This document shows positions 56,706 to 64,000 of a DNA stretch of 64,000 nt, piece after piece. A program made the translations under genes and the position numbers. The notes beneath the pieces were generated by a model. That model searched no databases. It saw only the letters and a program-made list of their open reading frames with translations, and was not told the DNA's origin. Origin of the DNA: Candidatus Dormiibacterota bacterium (lineage in GTDB: Bacteria; Chloroflexota; Dormibacteria; CF-121); the NCBI GenBank assembly GCA_035279665.1, contig DATEHI010000152.1, positions 1,350 to 65,349 of the forward strand. The letters run 5' to 3'. How positions within the stretch are numbered: the first letter of the stretch is position 1; every line of letters begins with the position of its first letter.

Positions 56706-58012
56706 TGCTGGAGCCGGAGCAGACCACCTTCATCCTGCTCTCCTTCGAGGGTCCCGACGAGTACTCGCAGGCCGGTGGCCTGGGCGTGCGGGTTAAGGAG
56801 CTGTCGCGGGCGCTGGCCGAGCGAGGCTTCGAGACGCACCTGTTTTTCGTCGGCGATCCCAATCTGCCATCGGATGAGAGCGCGCTCGACGGGCGGCTGT
56901 GGCTGCATCGCTGGAGCCAGTGGATCAGCCGCTTCCACCCGGTGGGCGTCTACGACGGCGAGGATGACAAGGTCGCCGATCTCAACCGCAGCCTCCCGGA
57001 CGCGCTTGTGAAGGATTACATCAAGCCGGCGATTGGGCGAGGAAAGACGGTGGTGGTGGTTGGTGAGGAATGGCACATCGCGCATGCGATGAGCCTGATC
57101 TCGGATGGGCTCTACTTCGCCGGGCTGCGAGACCGCTGCCTCCTCCTCTGGAATGCGAACAACCACTTCTCCTTCCATCGCATCAACTGGGGCCAGCTCT
57201 CCTTCGTCTGCACGCTGATGACGGTGAGCCGCTACATGAAGCACGTCATGTGGCGCTGGGGCGTCAACCCGATCGTGGTGCCGAACGGCATCCCCGGGTC
57301 GATGATCGCCCGGGTGAGCCAGGCGCAGGTGCGGGCGGTGCGCGCCGCCGTGAATGCGCAAGCGTTCCTCTTCAAAATCGGCCGGTTCAGCCCGGATAAA
57401 CGGTGGCACCAGGCGATCGCCGCCGTCGCCCAACTGAAGGAACGGGGGGTCACGACCCGCCTGCTGATGCGCGGCGGCCTCGAACCCTTCGGCGGTGAGG
57501 TGCTCGATTTTGCGGAACAGCGGGGACTGCGGGTGGCGCCGTTGTCCACCCGCATCGACGATGTCGCCGGCCTGGCAAAGACGCTCAAGGACCACCAGGA
57601 CGCCGACGTCTGGAACGTGACCGCGTTCCTGCCGGACGACCTGTTGCCGGTGCTCTACGCCTCGGCGACCGCGACCCTGGCGAACAGCGGGCACGAGCCG
57701 TTCGGCCTGGTGGGCCTGGAGGCGATGGCCTCCGGCGGCGTCGCCTTCGTCGGCGCCACCGGTGAGGAATACGCCGAACCGTTCAAGAACGCGATCGTCA
57801 TCGAGACGGAGGACGCGGCCGAGATCGTCGCCTATGTCAACCACCTGGCGGCGCGTCCGGAGACGGCGCGCAACCTGCGGATCGCTGCCCAGCGGACGGC
57901 GCGAGACTACACCTGGCAGCGCGTCATCGACATCTTCTTGCAACGCCTCGAATTCGTCGCCCTGAAGCAGGGGCTGAACATCCCGTCTGAGAGGATAGAA
58001 GGCGATGCCTAA
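56705..58012 (+). CDS. GT4 glycosyltransferase, alpha-(1->4)-glucosyltransferase-like (M. tuberculosis Rv3032-like)
   Basis: GT-B fold with the N-terminal acceptor domain FILLSFEGPDEYSQAGGLGVRVKELSRALAERG and a C-terminal E-x7-E type donor motif region. TGATG overlap with the upstream gene. Confidence 0.6.
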   Translation: MLEPEQTTFILLSFEGPDEYSQAGGLGVRVKELSRALAERGFETHLFFVGDPNLPSDESALDGRLWLHRWSQWISRFHPVGVYDGEDDKVADLNRSLPDALVKDYIKPAIGRGKTVVVVGEEWHIAHAMSLISDGLYFAGLRDRCLLLWNANNHFSFHRINWGQLSFVCTLMTVSRYMKHVMWRWGVNPIVVPNGIPGSMIARVSQAQVRAVRAAVNAQAFLFKIGRFSPDKRWHQAIAAVAQLKERGVTTRLLMRGGLEPFGGEVLDFAEQRGLRVAPLSTRIDDVAGLAKTLKDHQDADVWNVTAFLPDDLLPVLYASATATLANSGHEPFGLVGLEAMASGGVAFVGATGEEYAEPFKNAIVIETEDAAEIVAYVNHLAARPETARNLRIAAQRTARDYTWQRVIDIFLQRLEFVALKQGLNIPSERIEGDA

Positions 58013-59210
58013 CTCGCTGGTCATCTACATGGTCGCGCACCAGCCACGCCGGATCCGGCTGCCCGCGCAGCTGATCCCGCGGGGCACCGCGCCCGAGAAG
58101 ATGGACGCGCTGATCTTCGACGATCAGATGGACCGGCGCTACTTCGACAAGGTGGCGAAATACTGCTACCGGCCCGCCACCGAACTCTTCCAGTCGCTGG
58201 TGGACAAGGGGATGAAGATCTCCCTGGGCTTCTCCGTGTCGTTTCTGCTGCAAATGCGCCGCTATGGCCCGGACGTGCTGGCCGGCTTCCAGAAGCTCGT
58301 CAGCCACGAGAACGTCGAGCTGGTCGCGGTCGAGCCCTATCACTCCTTCATCTTTTATCTCGATATCGGCGCCTTTGCCGAGCGGATGGCATGGGGCAAA
58401 CACCAGCTCGAGGACACCTTCCAGAAAACGATCACCGTCACCGACACCACCGAGATGTTCATGTCGAACGATGTCTACTTCCAGTTGCAGCTCAGCGGTT
58501 TCAAGGGCGCCCTGATGGACGGCCGGCCCTGGGTAATGGGCTGGCGCGAGCCGACGCACCTTTACCGCTATCCCAACGAGGAGATGCGGCTCTTCACCCG
58601 CCATTACGAGCTGAGCGACGATGTTGGCTACCGCTTCAGCAACCGCGAGTGGAATGGCTGGCCGCTGATGGCCGATACCTACGCGACCTGGATCCGGCAG
58701 GCGATGGGCGAGTTCGTCTTTCTCGCCTGGGACTTTGAGACCTTCGGCGAGCACCATCGGGCCGACTCGGGCATCTTCCCCTTCATGCACGCGCTCCATG
58801 CCGACTTCGCCAAGAACAAGATGCGCTACCTGTCGCCGTCGGAGGCGATTGCCACCTTCAAGGACGCCCACGAGATGCCACTGCCGGAGTACGGATGCAC
58901 CTGGGCCGGAGATGGCGGCATGGACTTCTTCCTGGGTAACGAGGCGCAACAGGGCATCTTCCGGCTGATGCACCACATCTACAACAAGGCGAAGCTGACC
59001 AAGCACCCGCACCTGATCGACATCGCCATGTGGTTGCTGCAGTCCGACAACCTTCACCTGATCCAATGGTTTTCCAAGGCCGGCGCGCAGGCGGAGGTCT
59101 CCGCCTACTTCACCCCGGACGAATGGTGGGAGCTCGGCGGTCTGGGCATCCTTCGCGAACAGCAGCGGGTCTACGTCAACTTCCTGCGGGCGATGGACGA
59201 GTATGTGTGA
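58005..59210 (+). CDS. Glycoside hydrolase family 57 protein (branching-enzyme/alpha-amylase-like; Rv3031-like)
   Basis: The N-terminal GH57 motif is VIYMVAHQP, followed by conserved WDFETFGEHH. 8-nt overlap with the GT4 gene. Confidence 0.7.
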   Translation: MPNSLVIYMVAHQPRRIRLPAQLIPRGTAPEKMDALIFDDQMDRRYFDKVAKYCYRPATELFQSLVDKGMKISLGFSVSFLLQMRRYGPDVLAGFQKLVSHENVELVAVEPYHSFIFYLDIGAFAERMAWGKHQLEDTFQKTITVTDTTEMFMSNDVYFQLQLSGFKGALMDGRPWVMGWREPTHLYRYPNEEMRLFTRHYELSDDVGYRFSNREWNGWPLMADTYATWIRQAMGEFVFLAWDFETFGEHHRADSGIFPFMHALHADFAKNKMRYLSPSEAIATFKDAHEMPLPEYGCTWAGDGGMDFFLGNEAQQGIFRLMHHIYNKAKLTKHPHLIDIAMWLLQSDNLHLIQWFSKAGAQAEVSAYFTPDEWWELGGLGILREQQRVYVNFLRAMDEYV

Positions 59211-59341
59211 GGCGAAACAGCCGCCCGTGGTTACCGGCTAGCGCACATCGGGACCCACGCAAAACCCGGATACGGCGAGTCCTTTACGGCTGATACTCAG
59301 CCACTCTAGAATTCGAAAGGAATGGAAGTGAGGGGACTGCT

Positions 59342-59758
59342 GTGAGTGGCGTCCCGGCTTCAATTCCGGCAAACGACGAACCACCCGTCCTTGTCGCCGA
59401 TGACGACAAGGACGTTCGCACGATGCTCCGGACGTTGCTCGAGCTCGATGGCCACGACGTCATGGAAGCCAAGGACGGCGATGAGGCCTGGCGGCTGTGC
59501 GTCGAGAGCCAGCCGGCGGTCGTCGTGGCCGACATCCAGATGCCGGGGATCGACGGGCTACAACTCTGCCGGCGGATCCGTGAGAGCCGCTACTCCCTCG
59601 ACATCAAGGTCATCGTCTACACCGCCGGGATGGCGACGCCCGAGGAGGCCAAAAAGGCCGGCTGTGACGAGTACTTCCTGAAGACCGATCCCTTGCCAAA
59701 GCTGCGGGCCAAGGTCCGTCAATACACGAGCGCCCGTTCAGGACCTCCCACGCTCTAG
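59342..59758 (+). CDS. Stand-alone response-regulator receiver domain (CheY-like)
   Basis: VLVADDDKDVRTML...VVVADIQMPGIDGLQL...KVIVYTA includes the phospho-acceptor Asp context. Confidence 0.7.
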   Translation: MSGVPASIPANDEPPVLVADDDKDVRTMLRTLLELDGHDVMEAKDGDEAWRLCVESQPAVVVADIQMPGIDGLQLCRRIRESRYSLDIKVIVYTAGMATPEEAKKAGCDEYFLKTDPLPKLRAKVRQYTSARSGPPTL

Positions 59759-59844
59759 CCTTACCCTCCCCTCACCAGGGTGCGAATACGATCCGTATTC
59801 AGCGGCTGCAAGGTCGACCGGCGCGCCCGGGTTATACCGCAGGG

Positions 59845-60492
59845 GTGCCTTCCTTGCCCGTGCCGCCGTTTCCGGCCGTGGTCGCCGTGGCCATTGGCGT
59901 GCTGCTCCTGCTGCGGCTCGTCGGCGGGTCCATGCCCTGGGGCCAATTGATGATCGCCGTCGGCCCGGACGGCCGCCCGATGCGGCCGCGTGTCAAATGG
60001 CACCTGTGGAGCATCTGTCGTGGCGAGCCGCCCTTGATGACGGCGGCGCTCGGTTTTGTCTCCATCGTGCTCGGGTTGCTGGCGCTTTATTTTGTCGGGC
60101 CGGAGCTGGCGGAGGCGATCATCCACCCGGGGGCCCGCTGGCTCGTGTACCTGATGCTATTCACCCTGGGGGCATCCGGCACGGTCGTGCCGATCGGCGT
60201 CATCGTGCTCGTCCGCAGCGGCCTCGACCTGGCCGCCCGGCGATCCTCCATGGTCGGGGTGGTGGTGGGCATGCGCCGCGACGTCGGCCTCTTCGGTCGG
60301 ACCTACCGCATCGCCCTTCAAGGCGGCGACCGTGTGCTGACCAAAAGACTCTGGGCCGAAGCGTTCCGCGTCAACCGGTCGGCCTTCGATGAGCTGCGGC
60401 CGGGTGACCGCCTCACCATCGAATACTCCCCCCACCTGCGCTATGTCTACCACATGGTCATGCCGGAGCCGCTGAAAAAAGCGGTCGGTTAG
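59845..60492 (+). CDS. Hypothetical membrane protein
   Basis: Three to four TM helices plus a C-terminal soluble domain. Start ambiguous (TTG 59845 / ATG 59932). Confidence 0.4.
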   Translation: MPSLPVPPFPAVVAVAIGVLLLLRLVGGSMPWGQLMIAVGPDGRPMRPRVKWHLWSICRGEPPLMTAALGFVSIVLGLLALYFVGPELAEAIIHPGARWLVYLMLFTLGASGTVVPIGVIVLVRSGLDLAARRSSMVGVVVGMRRDVGLFGRTYRIALQGGDRVLTKRLWAEAFRVNRSAFDELRPGDRLTIEYSPHLRYVYHMVMPEPLKKAVG

Positions 60493-60507
60493 CTAGACTC
60501 TTTCCCC

Positions 60508-63500
60508 GTGACGCGCCCCCTGCATGTGGCCTTCGTCTGGCACATGCACCAGCCCTATTACAAGGATGACCTGACCAAAAGTTTCCTGCTGCCATGGGTT
60601 CGGTTGCGCGCCGCCAAGGACTACTACAAGATGCCGGCCCTGCTCGACGATTACCCGGCCATCAAGCAGACCTTCAACCTGGTGCCTGCACTGGTGACGC
60701 AGATCCAGGACTACGTCGACGGCGGTTTCCAGGACGTCTACCTGGACCTCGCCCGCCGTCCGGTCTCGACGCTCAGCGGTGACGAGCGTGCCTTTATCGC
60801 GCGCTGGATGAGCGAGTCGAGCCAGATCCGGCGCGTCCGCCAGTATCCGCGCTACCTGGAACTCGTGCGAAAGCGGGAGCAGGCCTGGTCGCGCGCGTCC
60901 AACGACGGCATGGCGACGCTCTTCTCCGACGAGGAGCTGCGCGATCTGCTCGTGTGGTTCAACCTCTCATGGATCGGCCCCGAGGTGATGGAGCGCGACC
61001 CCGAGATTGCCGAACTGGTCCGCAAGGGCCGGCTCTTTTCTGACGCCGACATCGAGCCGGTGCTGCGGGTCCAGTTGGCGTTGCTCCGCAATGTGCTGCC
61101 CAAATACCGTGAGCTGCAGGAGCGCGGGCAGGCGGAGCTGATCACCAGCCCCTCCTACCATCCCATCCTGCCGCTGATCGCGGACCTTGGCATTGCGCGC
61201 GTAGCACGACCCGACCTGGCGATGCCGCGGCGGCCGTTCAAGCATCTCGACGACGCGGCCGAGCAGCTACGCCTCGGCATCGAGACGCATACACGGTACT
61301 TCGGCCGCCGCCCGCGCGGGCTCTGGCCACCCGAGGCCGCCATCTCCGATGACGCCGTGCGGTTGGCGGCCGATCATGCACTCGAATGGATGCTCAGTGA
61401 CGAGGGCGTCCTCTCTCGATCACTCCCGAGTCCGATCACGCGGGATGCGCAGGGGCAGGTGATGCAGGCCGGCTTGCTCTACCAGCCCTACCGCGTGCAG
61501 GGCAACGGCCCGCCGATTCATCTCCTCTTCCGCGACGCCCGGCTCTCGAACGCGATTGGCTTCGAGTGCCAGAACTTGCCGGCCGATCAGGCAGCCACGG
61601 ACCTCGTCGACCGGCTTCGCGCCATTCAGCAGCAGCAGGAGGACACGCCCTTCCTGGCCGTGATCGCCCTGGACGGCGAAAACTGCTGGGATTCGTATGA
61701 GGCCAACGGCAACCCCTTCCTCCAGTCGCTTTACCGCCGGCTGATGCATGAGCCGCAGCTGAAAGCGGTGACGGTTTCGGAATTTCTCGGGACCTTTCCC
61801 GCCGATGGCTCGCTGTCCCGCATTCATCCCGGCTCCTGGATCAACGCGAACTTCGATACCTGGGTCGGCGACGAGGCGCACAACGTGGCCTGGGACCTGC
61901 TGGCCGAGGCGCGGGATTTTCTCAGCGCGCGTGAGCGAGAGGCGGATGAGCCCGAGTCGCTCGCGTCGGCGCGCCGCGAAGCGCTCATCGCCGAGGGAAG
62001 CGACTGGTTCTGGTGGTTTGGCCGATCGCACGACTCGGGGATGGACCAGATCTGGGATAGCCTCTTCAGGCTCCATCTTCGCAACATCTATATGTCGCTG
62101 CGGCGGCCGCCCCCGGCCAGCCTCTATAAGCCGATCGCCAGGGAAGCCGCGGGATCGGCCTCGAAGCGGCCCGATCGCAAGATCACGCCCAAGCTCAACG
62201 GCCAGGCGGATGAGGCAGAGTGGGAGGCGGGCGGATACGTGGATGTCAGCGCGCTCTTCGGCGCGATGCATCCCCCCAGGGGGGCCGTGCGGCGGATCTG
62301 GTTCGGTCACGACGATCACAACCTCTACTTGCGATTCGATTTGCTCCCCGCCGATCGGCCGCGAGCGGTCGAGCTCGAGATCTTCTTTTCCGGCAGCCCG
62401 ACGAAGCGGAGCGACGGCAACTTCGGTTTTGATCCTGCGTTGCGCTTGACGGCGCGGCCCAGCGGTTCAGACCTCGAGTTGGAGTTGCGCGGGGTGGCGG
62501 CTGATGCGCTCCTCGGACAGCCGCGCTGGGCCGGCCGAGCCATGGGCGGTGAGGCGGTCGCCTTTGCCGTGCCCTTCGACGCGCTCGGGCACGACCCGGG
62601 CGAGACGGTCGAAATGGTGGCGGTCGCCCACGAGGGGGGCAAAGCCGTCGAACAGCTCCCTCCCACCGGCTCGATCCCGGTGCGGGTGCCGGGCGACGTC
62701 TTTTCTGGACGCCACCAGCAACCGCTGAAGATCTTGCTGGTCGCGGCCGAGGTCGCGCCCTTCGCCAAGGTGGGCGGCCTGGCCGATGTGGCCGGCGCGC
62801 TGCCCAAGGCGCTCAAGGCGATGGGTCACGACGTCCGCGTCGTCATGCCTCGCTACGGCAGCATCGAGGTCGAGAAGTACGGATTGCGACGCATCGTCAG
62901 CAATCTCGGGGTCCCGCTGGCGCACCAACCGGTCAATGCGGACGTCATGGAGGGACGGATCGCCGGCGAGGTGCCGATCTACTTCATCGAGAACCATCAA
63001 TTCTTTGGTCGCGACGGCATGTACGGCTTCTGGGACGACGACGCGCGTTTCATTTATTTCAGCCGGGCCGCGCTCGAGATGCTGCGGCCGCTGGACTTTC
63101 GCCCCGACGTGATCCATGTCAATGACTGGCACACAGCGGTGCTTCCCAACATGCTGGCTCGGCTCTACAGCGCTGATCCCTTCTACGCCGACATCGCCAC
63201 GGTGCTCACCATTCACAACCTCGCCTTCCAGGGCGTCTTCGGTTACGGCGCACTGCACCTGGCGGACCTGGAGCAATGGGGCCTGATCAAGCCCGGGATG
63301 CCCGGACTCGACGACATCGTCAACCTCCTCGGCCGTGGGCTCTATTTCGCCGACGTCGTCAACACCGTCAGCCATCGTTATGCGCAAGAGATCCTGACGC
63401 CCGAGTACGGCGAGAAGATGGACCCGCTGCTGAGCGTCTTTCGCAACAAGCTGCACGGGATCATCAATGGCATCGACTACGACGTCTTCAACCCCTCGAC

Positions 63501-64000
63501 CGACGCCTCGCTGGCCACCCTATACGACATCGGCAGCATCGAAAAGAAGGTGGAGAACAAACTTGCGCTGCAGGAGGAAGTCGGACTCCCGCAGGACCCG
63601 GGGATCCCGGTGATCGGCCTGATCTCTCGGCTGTACGACCAGAAAGGCCTCGACCTGATCGCCAACATCATGTGGGGGCTGATGCGGCTCAACCTGCAGC
63701 TCGTGGTGCTTGGTGCCGGCGATGCCCGATACGAGGAAATGTTCCGGGCCAACGCGCGCGACAACCCGCGGAAGGTCTCCGCCACCATCGGGTTCAAACC
63801 GGTGCTGGCACAGCATATCTACGCCGGCTCGGATATGTTCCTGATGCCGTCGCGGTTCGAGCCGTGCGGCCTCGGCCAGCTGATCAGCCTTCGCTACGGA
63901 ACCATCCCCATCGTGCGGGCCACCGGCGGCCTGGCCGACACCATCGACGACTGGGACCCGGTGGGGCAGACGGGCAATGGCTTCGTCTTCACCGCCTACG
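60508..64000 (+). CDS. GH57 glycoside-hydrolase domain fused to a GT5 glycogen/starch synthase (GlgA) domain; more than 1160 aa and partial (3' end beyond window)
   Basis: GTG at 60508 (first start after an in-frame TAG) opens with the GH57 motif VAFVWHMHQPYY and ...LDGENCWDSYEANGNP. The same frame stays open to the window end and contains the GlgA signature KILLVAAEVAPFAKVGGLADVAGALPKAL (from 62728)...GGLADTIDDWD. The ORF is absent from the supplied track only because it is incomplete. Confidence 0.7.
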   Translation, partial: MTRPLHVAFVWHMHQPYYKDDLTKSFLLPWVRLRAAKDYYKMPALLDDYPAIKQTFNLVPALVTQIQDYVDGGFQDVYLDLARRPVSTLSGDERAFIARWMSESSQIRRVRQYPRYLELVRKREQAWSRASNDGMATLFSDEELRDLLVWFNLSWIGPEVMERDPEIAELVRKGRLFSDADIEPVLRVQLALLRNVLPKYRELQERGQAELITSPSYHPILPLIADLGIARVARPDLAMPRRPFKHLDDAAEQLRLGIETHTRYFGRRPRGLWPPEAAISDDAVRLAADHALEWMLSDEGVLSRSLPSPITRDAQGQVMQAGLLYQPYRVQGNGPPIHLLFRDARLSNAIGFECQNLPADQAATDLVDRLRAIQQQQEDTPFLAVIALDGENCWDSYEANGNPFLQSLYRRLMHEPQLKAVTVSEFLGTFPADGSLSRIHPGSWINANFDTWVGDEAHNVAWDLLAEARDFLSAREREADEPESLASARREALIAEGSDWFWWFGRSHDSGMDQIWDSLFRLHLRNIYMSLRRPPPASLYKPIAREAAGSASKRPDRKITPKLNGQADEAEWEAGGYVDVSALFGAMHPPRGAVRRIWFGHDDHNLYLRFDLLPADRPRAVELEIFFSGSPTKRSDGNFGFDPALRLTARPSGSDLELELRGVAADALLGQPRWAGRAMGGEAVAFAVPFDALGHDPGETVEMVAVAHEGGKAVEQLPPTGSIPVRVPGDVFSGRHQQPLKILLVAAEVAPFAKVGGLADVAGALPKALKAMGHDVRVVMPRYGSIEVEKYGLRRIVSNLGVPLAHQPVNADVMEGRIAGEVPIYFIENHQFFGRDGMYGFWDDDARFIYFSRAALEMLRPLDFRPDVIHVNDWHTAVLPNMLARLYSADPFYADIATVLTIHNLAFQGVFGYGALHLADLEQWGLIKPGMPGLDDIVNLLGRGLYFADVVNTVSHRYAQEILTPEYGEKMDPLLSVFRNKLHGIINGIDYDVFNPSTDASLATLYDIGSIEKKVENKLALQEEVGLPQDPGIPVIGLISRLYDQKGLDLIANIMWGLMRLNLQLVVLGAGDARYEEMFRANARDNPRKVSATIGFKPVLAQHIYAGSDMFLMPSRFEPCGLGQLISLRYGTIPIVRATGGLADTIDDWDPVGQTGNGFVFTAY

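Overview
This is a gene-dense, roughly 70% GC window (about 60 protein genes and one tRNA) from a Gram-positive-type, probably actinobacterium-like genome. Lineage markers include a DUF222-HNH endonuclease, a UdgX-type uracil-DNA glycosylase, a Ddn-like F420 enzyme, a Pmt mannosyltransferase, Cheo-type LexA boxes and an imuA'-imuB-dnaE2 cassette. Most large ORFs in the supplied track that lie antisense to these genes are high-GC artefacts and were discarded. Main content, in order: a partial MFS efflux pump, a Ddn-like reductase, two convergent ECF sigma factors with a YciI partner, a secreted GH15 glucoamylase/glucodextranase, an OsmC-family gene interrupted by an in-frame TGA with a SECIS-like hairpin (candidate selenoprotein), homocysteine methyltransferase, a CheR-PAS/CheB pair, a cyanophycin locus (cphA, cphB and a divergent cphA2-like gene lacking the ATP-grasp domain), a PAS histidine kinase overlapping a UdgX-like gene, tRNA-Ser(GCU), a DinB/DUF72/HNH block, two perfect LexA (SOS) boxes in front of a small RAM-domain gene and the imuA'-imuB-dnaE2 mutasome (imuB appears split), ABC-2 exporter plus a double-HTH TetR with palindromic operator, fpg/nei, SDR, ACT protein, tandem glutamine synthetases, ABC-F, MgtC with a clean bidirectional terminator, tandem crotonases, an Rrf2-thiF-thiF-mtnP overlapping operon, an O-mannosylation-type locus (epimerase, Pmt, a GT-C membrane protein carrying a 39-bp x4 tandem repeat), and an alpha-glucan cluster (IMPase-family, Rv3032-like GT4, GH57, a receiver protein, and a long GH57-glycogen-synthase fusion ORF running off the window end).
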